A stretch of 64,000 bases of DNA from a virus (lineage: Duplodnaviria; Caudoviricetes), in the IMG/VR virus record IMGVR_UViG_3300011008_002712; one strand, 5' to 3'. Of the stretch, positions 8,603-18,085 are shown one piece after another. Position 1 is the first letter of the stretch. Each line of letters opens with the position of its first letter. The notes beneath the pieces were generated by a model. That model was not told the DNA's origin. It saw nothing but the letters and a program-made list of their open reading frames with translations, and ran no database searches. A program made the translations under genes and the position numbers.

Positions 8603-9817
8603 TTATTCCGATTTGAATCCTTTTGTCTTTAACTCATATACAATGATAAGATTGATAAACATTAGCGCTGCAAAAATATACATTGCTAAAGTATACGTGC
8701 CAATATACGTTTTGATTAACGCAATTAACGGAACAGAAAATAATCCAGCCAATCCCCAAGCAAATAATATTTTGCCATGTATTGTTGATAAATGTTTGTT
8801 AGTAAACAAATCAATTAATGATGCTGGCATCACTGCAAAATATGCTCCATAGCTTGATACTATCATAACAATAAGCAGTTCAAACAAGTATTCGCTTCCA
8901 ATGATTGGAAGCATCAAAAATGATACAAACTCAATTATCATGAACGTAAGTATTGTATTAGGACGTCCTATGTAATCACTTAGTCCACTCCACATAATAC
9001 GTCCACACCCGTTTGCAAGACCAGCGATGCCGACTAAAGCTGCAGCTCTAGTCGCTGTAAAATTCATTAATTCTTGAGCCATAGGAGAAACTATTGACAA
9101 CAGCGCTATTCCGCAAGCAATATTGATAAAAAATGAAATAAACAACGCTTTAAATTGCCAAGTTTTTGTAATTTGACATACTTCTAATGATTTTGATTCA
9201 CCGTGTTCAGATGTTTGCATTTCATCCGGATAGTCTAAATATAGCGATGCAATAAGCATAATCATCAAATAAGCAAAACCTAAAATCAAAAAATTACTTA
9301 TCAAACTATATGTAGATACAAGATATTGCTGCAGAGGACCAGCTATCATAGAAGCAAATCCAAAACTCATTACACAGGCTCCTCCAGCTAATCCGGGGGT
9401 TTTATTAAACCAAGACACAATACATTTTATTGGTGTTACATATCCTATTCCGTATGCACACCCGCATATTATCCCAGAAAACAAATACATCAAAACAAGG
9501 TTATGTATAGATATTGCTAAAGCAGAACCAAATAATCCAATTGCGAACAAAACAGCTGACGCCAAACCAGTTTTTGTTGGTCCATATTTTTCTACATATT
9601 TGCCTCCAAATGAAGCTGACGTTCCCAAAAAGAAAATCGCTATAGAAAAAATAAATGTTGTTGCAAATAACGACCATCCAGTTTCAGCAATAATTGGCAA
9701 AACTAATGTAGAATATGCATAAACAGAACCAATAGATATATGTATTAGACATGCTGCCAATAACATTAGCCATTTATTTCTTGGTAATTTTTCTAATCTT
9801 ATTCCCAAAACTATCAC
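8603..9817 (-). CDS. MFS transporter, OFA (oxalate:formate antiporter) family
   Basis: About 12 hydrophobic segments; HISIGSVYAYS, GIGYVTP, WF..PGLAGG, ANGCGRIMWSGLSDYIGR and TIHGKILFAWGLAG are typical OFA motifs. Confidence 0.85.
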   Translation of the reverse strand: MIVLGIRLEKLPRNKWLMLLAACLIHISIGSVYAYSTLVLPIIAETGWSLFATTFIFSIAIFFLGTSASFGGKYVEKYGPTKTGLASAVLFAIGLFGSALAISIHNLVLMYLFSGIICGCAYGIGYVTPIKCIVSWFNKTPGLAGGACVMSFGFASMIAGPLQQYLVSTYSLISNFLILGFAYLMIMLIASLYLDYPDEMQTSEHGESKSLEVCQITKTWQFKALFISFFINIACGIALLSIVSPMAQELMNFTATRAAALVGIAGLANGCGRIMWSGLSDYIGRPNTILTFMIIEFVSFLMLPIIGSEYLFELLIVMIVSSYGAYFAVMPASLIDLFTNKHLSTIHGKILFAWGLAGLFSVPLIALIKTYIGTYTLAMYIFAALMFINLIIVYELKTKGFKSE

Positions 9818-9844
9818 TCTTTTCTGCTATTTGTTAATTTTTAT

Positions 9845-11518
9845 TTAAACATCATGATCTTTAAAATCAATTGGAAGAAGCTGTATATTTTTCTTTCCGG
9901 CAAATTCGTTAACAGATATTGTATAAATCATGTCTATATGTGTACTTTTATCAAATTGCTCCAAATAATAGTCTTTCAATTCATTAAAACAAATCGCAGG
10001 AATTTCATAATTATCATGACTTAACATAAACTTTAAAGCATTTTTCTTTCTTCCAAATACTTGTTTAGAAAGTACATTGATATTTTTAGTGCAAAATTTT
10101 ATTTCATCGTTTCCTTGACCAAACGGACGGAATTGATTGATTTGATCAATCAATTTGAAATTAATATCGCAGAAATTAATTTCAAAATCAACATTCAAAA
10201 TTGGATGAGAATCGTTTTCTGAGCGTGATGCTAAAAATTCTAGATAACTATCATTACAACGTTTTTTGAATTCTTCAAAATTTTTTTCGTTTATACTCAT
10301 AGCACACGCTTCAGAATGCCCGCCGCCATCAATATCTAAATCCTTATTCTGAACTATATTTTGAGATATGTCATAACCCAAAATGCTTCTTCCCGAACCA
10401 CCATACTTATCACCATACTTTATTAATGCAAAACAAGGTCTTTGATATTTATGAGATATTTTATTCGCAGCTATGCCAAGAAGTCCAGCTGGGACATTGT
10501 CAAATACTTGCACGATAAAAGATTCTTTTCCTATGTTAACTTGTGCCATAAGTTTTTCGGTAAGCTCTTTTCTTTTTTCATTTAACATGATAGCACGTTT
10601 TGCTATTTTTTCAGCGTCTATTTCGCAATCAGCTAAAAACATATCAACCAATTGTCCTGCATTTTCCATACGTCCAACTGCATTAATGCATGGAGCTATA
10701 CTAAAACCAATATCTGTTTCTGTAACAGCCTTATTGTCAAGCTTAAGAAGTTTCAACAATGCATTAATTCCATAGTTCTTAGTTTGATTAATAAGTTTCA
10801 AGCCATGATAGACAAAAATTCTATTTTCATCTTCTAATTTCATAACATCTGCTATAGTTGCCATAGAAGCCAAGGCAATTAATTGATTATTTAAATCTTT
10901 ATTCATTTTTTTAAGTTCTGGTATCAGTGCGCGAATTACTTTATATGCTACCATAGCTCCACAAATATAAGGAAACTCATAACTGGAATCTATAAACGGA
11001 TCCACTGTAATTTCGCAAGGAAGAGTATCACTATTCCAAGGATGATGATCTGTCACAATGACTTCAATATCGTTGTCTTGAGCATATTTGATATTTTCAT
11101 GTTCTGCTATTCCTGTATCTACAGTAATAATCAAATTAACATTATTCTTAATGCATTCATCTATTTGACGTTTTGAAATTCCATACCCATCTTTTTGTCT
11201 GTCTGGAACTGAAAATGACACATTTGTTGTAAGCTGTAAAAATCCTAACATCATAATAGAAGCAGCAGAAATACCATCAACGTCGTAGTCTGCGCAGATC
11301 ATGATTTTTTCATTATTAAGTATTGCATTTTGAACCCTATCAACAAGTTTGTCCATATTTTTTAACTGAAATGGATTTCTTATTTTTCCAACATGATTGA
11401 TAAAATCATCAAATTTATCAATATCCAATCCCATATCTTGTTGTTTAGCTTCAAAAAGATTATTATTATATTGATGCTTTATTTCCCATTTATAATTCAT
11501 ATTTATTTTCACCTTCAA
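9845..11518 (-). CDS. recJ: Single-stranded DNA exonuclease RecJ
   Basis: DYDVDG, ITVDTG, VTDHH, ATIADVM, APCINAVGR, GSGRS, GGGH, PFGQGN. Confidence 0.92.
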   Translation of the reverse strand: MKVKINMNYKWEIKHQYNNNLFEAKQQDMGLDIDKFDDFINHVGKIRNPFQLKNMDKLVDRVQNAILNNEKIMICADYDVDGISAASIMMLGFLQLTTNVSFSVPDRQKDGYGISKRQIDECIKNNVNLIITVDTGIAEHENIKYAQDNDIEVIVTDHHPWNSDTLPCEITVDPFIDSSYEFPYICGAMVAYKVIRALIPELKKMNKDLNNQLIALASMATIADVMKLEDENRIFVYHGLKLINQTKNYGINALLKLLKLDNKAVTETDIGFSIAPCINAVGRMENAGQLVDMFLADCEIDAEKIAKRAIMLNEKRKELTEKLMAQVNIGKESFIVQVFDNVPAGLLGIAANKISHKYQRPCFALIKYGDKYGGSGRSILGYDISQNIVQNKDLDIDGGGHSEACAMSINEKNFEEFKKRCNDSYLEFLASRSENDSHPILNVDFEINFCDINFKLIDQINQFRPFGQGNDEIKFCTKNINVLSKQVFGRKKNALKFMLSHDNYEIPAICFNELKDYYLEQFDKSTHIDMIYTISVNEFAGKKNIQLLPIDFKDHDV

Positions 11519-11805
11519 TTCTTAATTATTTTAAGAATTTTAACATCTGGAATTTTGTTTTAGTATTAGAAACACTAATAGCCTGAGCTAATTCAGGCTA
11601 TTTCTTTGAATATACACTTTTTGAAGAAAAATAAGCCTCTAAAATTACTTGGCACCCATATGGTAATATTTTGATATACATAAATAAACAAAATAGTATA
11701 GTGTTTATTCAACTAGAGATTTTAAAGCAAAGTCTTAAAGACTAAAAAATACAAGCATCCGCGATAAGATATTTAAATGTTTTTCATATAAATTGTCTAA
11801 ACCAA

Positions 11806-13011
11806 TTATTCTTTATTTTCAATTGAATTTGTATGTTTTTCTAAAATATCATCTTCTTTAACAACATGTTTTTTGGTTTTTGTACCAGGAAGTCTATACA
11901 TTATGTCCAACAAACTATCTTCTATGACTGATTTAAGACCACGAGCGCCAGTTTTTCTTTTTAATGCGATTTTTGCAATTTTTCTAATTGCAGCATTGTC
12001 AAATTCTAAATCAATATTATCCATTTTGAATAATTGTTGATATTGTTTAATCAAAGAATCTTTTGGTTTAGTTAAAACATCTATTAGCGCATTTTCATCT
12101 AATGCATCTAATGTAACAATAATTTGAAGTCTCCCAATAAGTTCTCTTACTAAACCAAATTTTTGCAAATCTTGTTGCTGAATTTGATGTATTAATGACG
12201 AATCAGCTTTTATATTTTTAGAATCAGAACCGAATCCGATAGCTTTTTTGTTTAATCTTGCAGCAACTATTTCTTCAATCCCAGAAAACGAACCAGTACA
12301 TACAAATAGGATATTTGTAGTATCTATAACAGGATCAGAATTTTTAGAAAATGGGTTTTTAACTCCTTCTAAAGTAAATTTAGAACCTTCAACTAATTTT
12401 AAAATAGAATTCTGAGCATCTGCGCCATTTACATCTTTTCCGTCATTTCCACTTTGTTTTATTTTATCAATCTCATCTAATATGATGATTCCACGTTGAG
12501 CTACTTCTATATCACCATCGGCTTCGTTAAGAAGCTGAACAAGAACATCGTCTACAGACATTCCAACATATCCTTCAGATGTGATTTGTGTAGCACTTAT
12601 TACAATCATTGGCACTTCTAATATTTTTGCTATGGTTCTAACCAAATGTGTTTTTCCAGTGCCAGATGGACCAATAAGCAACATATTGCTTTTTGTTATT
12701 TCAATATCATTATTTTTGTCAATATGTTGTTTAAATACTCGTTTATAATGATTATAGACAGCAACGCTTAATGCTTTTTTTGCATATTCTTGTCCGACGA
12801 CGTATTCGTCTAATTTTTTCTTTATTTCTCTTGGATTCAAAATTTCTTTATTTGCTTTAGTTTGTATTTTTCTTCCTGCCATAATTTGTTGGCATAAATC
12901 TACACATTTTTCACATATATTAACAGAAGAAGTTGTTCCGTAAATTATTTTGTCTTTTTCAACTTCTTCTCCACAAAATTTGCATTTTACTTTATTACTT
13001 TTTGAAGCCAA
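11806..13011 (-). CDS. clpX: ATP-dependent Clp protease ATP-binding subunit ClpX
   Basis: C4 Zn domain CKFC/CEKC, YVVGQE, GPSGTGKT, GYVG, DEIDK, IGFG loop, TGARGL. Confidence 0.93.
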   Translation of the reverse strand: MASKSNKVKCKFCGEEVEKDKIIYGTTSSVNICEKCVDLCQQIMAGRKIQTKANKEILNPREIKKKLDEYVVGQEYAKKALSVAVYNHYKRVFKQHIDKNNDIEITKSNMLLIGPSGTGKTHLVRTIAKILEVPMIVISATQITSEGYVGMSVDDVLVQLLNEADGDIEVAQRGIIILDEIDKIKQSGNDGKDVNGADAQNSILKLVEGSKFTLEGVKNPFSKNSDPVIDTTNILFVCTGSFSGIEEIVAARLNKKAIGFGSDSKNIKADSSLIHQIQQQDLQKFGLVRELIGRLQIIVTLDALDENALIDVLTKPKDSLIKQYQQLFKMDNIDLEFDNAAIRKIAKIALKRKTGARGLKSVIEDSLLDIMYRLPGTKTKKHVVKEDDILEKHTNSIENKE

Positions 13012-13055
13012 TATCGTTCATCTCCTATCGTTTAATTTATTTTAATAAATTAAAC

Positions 13056-13784
13056 CTAACCTATTGACGCAAAAATTGTATCATTCATCTTGAATGGCTT
13101 ATTTATTTTGACAAATTTGTTATTCTTATATTGAAAATAGTCAACTTCTAAAGTCAAAGAAGGTATTCCACTTAATCTTTTTTCTATAGTTGCATATCTA
13201 AGCAAACCATCATGCGACAAGGTTAATGCATTATTTTTTATAAATTCTTCTGCTTCATCTTTTTTATAAAAAAATCCCATAATTCTTTTAGCACCAAAAA
13301 TACCTTGCAAATTTTTATTGAATTTCAGTTTTTCAAATGCTGACAAAATATAAATCGGAGGCATTGTTATCCCTTCATTATAGAATGAAATGTACAAATC
13401 TTTTTTTTCTCTAGTTATGTCTCTGGCATATACAAAAACTAAACAACCCAATTTATCTCGTTTTATAAAAAATCTTTTTTCATGTTTTAACTTCTTAAAC
13501 TTATAAAATGATAATTCCTTTGTTATATATTCTTTTATCCAATTTAATGTCATTCCAAAACGTCCATCTACCCATTCATCAGCCCAAACATTTTTTTTAG
13601 ATATGTTTTCATAAAAATATTCAGTGATTGCCATATTGTCAAATGTATCAAATAACATTTTTACATTTTCTTTTGTCAGATTCCATTGTTTATATCCTTT
13701 AATTGCTTCACTATATCCAATTCCTCTTATCATGTTTAAAATGGGAGAGCATATTAACTCTCCCATACACTCAGATCCTTTCAA
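13056..13784 (-). CDS. Hypothetical protein
   Basis: 242 aa ORF coupled to the end of gyrA. Confidence 0.65.
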   Translation of the reverse strand: MKGSECMGELICSPILNMIRGIGYSEAIKGYKQWNLTKENVKMLFDTFDNMAITEYFYENISKKNVWADEWVDGRFGMTLNWIKEYITKELSFYKFKKLKHEKRFFIKRDKLGCLVFVYARDITREKKDLYISFYNEGITMPPIYILSAFEKLKFNKNLQGIFGAKRIMGFFYKKDEAEEFIKNNALTLSHDGLLRYATIEKRLSGIPSLTLEVDYFQYKNNKFVKINKPFKMNDTIFASIG

Positions 13785-16125
13785 TATTAAATGTATTTGG
13801 ATGATTTTTGACTATATCGCCTTTTTCTATACGATGTTTAAATACATATTTTTTAATTTCTAGCAAATTATTCTTTTCATCATAAAATGTTGCTTTATCT
13901 CCAATATTTATTTTTAACATTTTACTGAAATTTTTATCAAAAATATGTTTTATAGCTCTTGATATTCTTCCTTTTATAAGTATATCTTTTGCTTTCATTA
14001 CTTTATATCCAAAGGTATTATCTGAATTTTCATATAACATCAAAATTTTGTCCGTATCGTTATTAGACAAAGATGAAACTTCGCAATCTACAATAAAGTC
14101 TCCGTCTTCTAATTTTGAAGTTGGAGTTCCACGAGTTCCAAGTCCAGTTGATGTAAATGAATTAGCACTAAATCTTGATACACATCCTTGATTTGTTGCA
14201 AGATTTATAATCTCATCTTCTGTATCAGAAATTAATTTATTTGCAGCAATATCGCAATCAATGTCTTTAATCAATTTTTTTCCAGATTTTAATTTAGATA
14301 TGTGAGTTTTTTTCGCCAAACCATTTTTTAAGATTGTAAATATTGTCTTATCAATATTTGCTGGATAAACAGACATAACATCTTTTATTTTTGCTCCGTC
14401 AATGTCTCTGGCTTTAATTGATGATATCTCACCATTTTTAAATATGATAAAAATATCATCATTTATTTTACAATCAAAATAAGACTTAAATATAGCAGAT
14501 TTATCTCTTAATTTGGAATCATCAAAATCTTTTTTATCATACAACTTTAATCCAGATGTTGTATTAACAACTACAGCATCTATAAATTTATCTGTTTCTT
14601 CTTCTGACATCTCTTTAAATTTATTAACAATTTTTGTCCTACGAGCATCGCCAAATTGTTCTTTCAATTCAGTGAGCTCTTTTACAATAAATTTATTTCT
14701 TGTATCATCATCTTCAAGTATGGCTTTGTGTTCAGCTATGCTGTTTTCTAAATTATGAATTAAAACATGAATAGCATTAATATTTTTCTTGACTAATGAT
14801 CGAATCTTTTTATCAAGTATATAATTAGCTTGAAGTTCTGTCAAACCATATTTATTCATCAATAAATCTAAAGCTTCTTGATCATCTTCGCAATCAATAA
14901 TTTCTTTTGACATCACTTTTACCTTATCCATAACTTTAGCAATGCCACGATTTATTTCTAATTTTTTAGACTCTTCATCAACTAAAAATTTCATCCTCTT
15001 TTTCAAAACTTTTCTTCTATTTTCCAAATAAATAGATACATAATCCATTAATGTTATTAGTTTTGGCGTTTTGTTGACAATGCCACACATAACATATGAT
15101 ATGCTTTTTTGCAAATCTGTTTCTTTATATAAAGTATTAATAATGAAATTCAAATTTGCAGTTTTTGAACATTCAATAACAATCCTTAGTTGTTTGTCTT
15201 CGCTTTCATCTCTTACATCAAGTGCTTTTACAAGTTGCTTGCTTGAAATCATATTATAAATTTTCTCAAGTGTCTTATTGATATTCATATTTGGTGTAAT
15301 ATCAGTAAAAACAATTTGAGGATTTTCATTTTCATGATTTATTTCAATTTCATAATTTGCTCTATATACTACTTTTGCTTTTCCAGTTTCATATAATTCT
15401 TTTAAATTTTCAGACGAAATGCATCCTCCTAGAGGTGCATCTGGTCCTTTAATAAATCTCATTAAATCTTTTAATTCATATTCTTTATTTTGCAATGCAT
15501 ATATTAAAGCATCACATACTTCTGTCAAATTATGACTCGGGCAATTTGTTGTCATTCCAACAGCTATGCCAGATGCTCCATTAATCAAAAAATTTGGAAG
15601 CAAAGCTGGTAAAACTACTGGTTCTTTTGTTGTTTCCGAATAATTTGGACGAAACTCAACACTACATTCATCCATAACATCTTCTAACAATGTATATGAT
15701 ATCTTTTGGAGGCGTCCTTCTGTATAACGATCTGCAGCAGCATCATCTCCAGATACAGAACCATTGCATCCATGAAAGTCTATTAAAGGATATCTAAATT
15801 CCCAATCCTGAGACATATTGACTATAGTGCCGTAACAAGATGCATGAGGATGATAATTACCCATAACTTCGCCAGAAATTTTCGCATTTTTAACGTATGG
15901 TTTATTCCAATCATGTTTTTGTTCTAAGCATGAATATAAAATGCGTCTTTGTGCAGGTTTTAGTCCATCTAAAACATCTGGTATTGCTCTTGATAAAATA
16001 ACTAACATTGAGTATGACAACATCGACGTCTTAATTTCATTGCTTATTTCTCCAGTAATAATATTTTCGTTCGCTAAAAGTTTGTCAACATCTAAACGAG
16101 AAGATTTCTTAGCCAAATTTATCAT
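13771..16125 (-). CDS. gyrA: Type IIA topoisomerase A subunit (GyrA/ParC)
   Basis: RAIPDVLDGLKPAQRRILY, YHPH, AAADRYTE catalytic Tyr, NGASGIAVGM, degenerate beta-pinwheel CTD. Confidence 0.92.
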   Translation of the reverse strand: MINLAKKSSRLDVDKLLANENIITGEISNEIKTSMLSYSMLVILSRAIPDVLDGLKPAQRRILYSCLEQKHDWNKPYVKNAKISGEVMGNYHPHASCYGTIVNMSQDWEFRYPLIDFHGCNGSVSGDDAAADRYTEGRLQKISYTLLEDVMDECSVEFRPNYSETTKEPVVLPALLPNFLINGASGIAVGMTTNCPSHNLTEVCDALIYALQNKEYELKDLMRFIKGPDAPLGGCISSENLKELYETGKAKVVYRANYEIEINHENENPQIVFTDITPNMNINKTLEKIYNMISSKQLVKALDVRDESEDKQLRIVIECSKTANLNFIINTLYKETDLQKSISYVMCGIVNKTPKLITLMDYVSIYLENRRKVLKKRMKFLVDEESKKLEINRGIAKVMDKVKVMSKEIIDCEDDQEALDLLMNKYGLTELQANYILDKKIRSLVKKNINAIHVLIHNLENSIAEHKAILEDDDTRNKFIVKELTELKEQFGDARRTKIVNKFKEMSEEETDKFIDAVVVNTTSGLKLYDKKDFDDSKLRDKSAIFKSYFDCKINDDIFIIFKNGEISSIKARDIDGAKIKDVMSVYPANIDKTIFTILKNGLAKKTHISKLKSGKKLIKDIDCDIAANKLISDTEDEIINLATNQGCVSRFSANSFTSTGLGTRGTPTSKLEDGDFIVDCEVSSLSNNDTDKILMLYENSDNTFGYKVMKAKDILIKGRISRAIKHIFDKNFSKMLKINIGDKATFYDEKNNLLEIKKYVFKHRIEKGDIVKNHPNTFNIERI

Positions 16126-16180
16126 CCTTTCTTTTTTATTTTTTATTTTAATTTTTACACTTTAAAATCATAAACAAAAG

Positions 16181-16205
16181 AAATAGGCGGTAAACCCGTC
16201 TATTT
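16181..16205 (-). terminator. Terminator after the 2H phosphoesterase gene
   Basis: aaataggcgg-taaa-cccgtctattt hairpin. Confidence 0.55.
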
Positions 16206-16735
16206 CATAAATCAATTTTACATAAACAATTTGTCACATAATTATCATTCATTTGAGGACTGTTCCATAATGTAATGTTATCGACTAAAATTGGAACTCT
16301 AGATAATTTCATATACTCGTATTCTGGGACATCATATGCAAAAGTGATGTGAGGCGTATATCCATCAAATTTGTCTTCTTTTCTTTTATATCCAGTATCA
16401 TCAATCAATTTTTCTAAAATATGTTTTATTTTATACAGCTTAAAGCTTTGATGAACACCCATCCAACAAACTCCACTGTCAAATCTATATAGTCCCTCCG
16501 CAAAGACATAAAATGACTTGAACTCGTTAGCATATAATTCTTTAAATTTTAACATTGCTTGCTGAACTAGATTATTATCATCTTCATCGTCGTTCAAAAA
16601 ACTAATTGTAATATGGAATGTTTGATCATCTACATAATTCCCAGGATTTTTTTGTTTTGCTAAAGTTTGACAATAACTAAGCATTGCTATGGTCTCTCTA
16701 TCATGAATATCCATAACAACATATAACGAACTCAT
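16205..16735 (-). CDS. 2H phosphoesterase (LigT/ThpR/Acb1-like superfamily)
   Basis: Two HxT motifs (FHITIS and TPHITFA); ATG at 16735 with AAGGGTGA RBS. Confidence 0.82.
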   Translation of the reverse strand: MSSLYVVMDIHDRETIAMLSYCQTLAKQKNPGNYVDDQTFHITISFLNDDEDDNNLVQQAMLKFKELYANEFKSFYVFAEGLYRFDSGVCWMGVHQSFKLYKIKHILEKLIDDTGYKRKEDKFDGYTPHITFAYDVPEYEYMKLSRVPILVDNITLWNSPQMNDNYVTNCLCKIDL

Positions 16736-16736
16736 T

Positions 16737-17213
16737 TTATTCACCCTTTTTATAGACATCTGGCATAATTCCAACCCATGTATAATTCAACCAGACTTTT
16801 TCGAATCCTTTAAAACCAATTTTGTCTCTATATAATGAATATACATTTTTTCTTCTTTCGCCTCTTGCATACCGAGTTCGTATATCTATAACATCTTTTA
16901 ATGATAATTTGTGATGCGGTGAATTTTCATATTTCATGATTTTTCCTCCAGAACGTATGTTATATCCATTATTTATAGAATCAAATTTGTTTATCCAAAA
17001 TGCTTCTCTAGATTCATCGTTTGTGATTTCTACAATCTGAAAACAAAAATTTTCAATTCCGTATTTTCTAATAGCATTATATAAGTGGATTTTTTTATTA
17101 TGCGAAAAAGCGCTATTAATGTGTTGTTGCCACCTATTCAACACATTAGATGACATGCCTACATAAATTTTGTTATTAACTAAATTTTTAATAATATAGA
17201 CTCCTGAAATGAT
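16737..17213 (-). CDS. GIY-YIG homing endonuclease (non-AUG start likely)
   Basis: In-frame upstream extension IISGVYIIKNLVNNKIYVGMS..RW..H, LYNAIRKYG.ENF, RE.FWI, NGYN. Confidence 0.82.
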   Translation of the reverse strand: MISGVYIIKNLVNNKIYVGMSSNVLNRWQQHINSAFSHNKKIHLYNAIRKYGIENFCFQIVEITNDESREAFWINKFDSINNGYNIRSGGKIMKYENSPHHKLSLKDVIDIRTRYARGERRKNVYSLYRDKIGFKGFEKVWLNYTWVGIMPDVYKKGE

Positions 17214-17426
17214 TTATATCACTTCTCTCTAAAAAATATACATTTTCGCAGTGATTAAAATTAACATTGCATACAAAACATTCAAAAATGCTATTTTGAC
17301 ATGCATGAAGAAAAATTTTTTATGTTTATCCTTTTTAAATAATTAAAGACACAATTTAGTTGCGTCTTATATTTATTATTCATTTTTTGACGCAAAATTT
17401 TTTTAACAACAGTATTTGTATCTTTT

Positions 17427-17771
17427 TTAAATAGCTTTAAATTCATTCATTTGATTCTCCACTTCTGCTTTTAATTGATTAATTCGATTTATTAAAAAAT
17501 CTTTAATGTACATTTTCATATTTTCTTTTTGTTCATAATCAAGAAAATCTAAAAACATAAACTCATCGCTATTATTAAGATACAAAGTAACATTATGAAT
17601 TCCAAATTTTTCTATTTTATCAACAGCATCAATTAAATTATTTATCTTCTTACATTTTCTAATGATACGTTTTCTAGAAATTTCTCTATCTTTATCATTT
17701 TCTCTTTCTATTTTGAATTGAGTATTTACATCATCTATGTAACTCTTTATTTTTTCAAAATTGCAACACAT
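17427..17771 (-). CDS. Hypothetical protein
   Basis: 114 aa ORF with AAGGAGA RBS. Confidence 0.65.
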   Translation of the reverse strand: MCCNFEKIKSYIDDVNTQFKIERENDKDREISRKRIIRKCKKINNLIDAVDKIEKFGIHNVTLYLNNSDEFMFLDFLDYEQKENMKMYIKDFLINRINQLKAEVENQMNEFKAI

Positions 17772-18055
17772 AATTAATCTCCTTTGTATCTTAATTTTAA
17801 TTTATTTTATAAACAAATATAATTCATAATTATGATCGCAACAAATATTCGATTTTTTATTTGTAGTTTAATTATCATAAACATGCATGTCTATAGTCTT
17901 ACATACTCTTCTTATCCAAATTTACAAAAACGTGTTATAAGACATTTTTTCTTTAAACATTTTGAATACGTCGCTGCGTCGTTGTCCATCAAAACGCATT
18001 TGGTGTATTTGTTTTATATCATCTTCTATTAGATTATGTCATAAATTTTATAAAA

Positions 18056-18079
18056 ATGGGAGAAGATATCTTCTCCCAT
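18056..18079 (-). terminator. Terminator after gyrB
   Basis: atgggagaag-atat-cttctcccat palindrome with a T-run. Confidence 0.7.
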
Positions 18080-18085
18080 AAATCA

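Noticed and set aside
17832-18032. 66 aa plus-strand ORF in the gap downstream of gyrB
   Set aside because: No RBS and no motif; treated as non-coding
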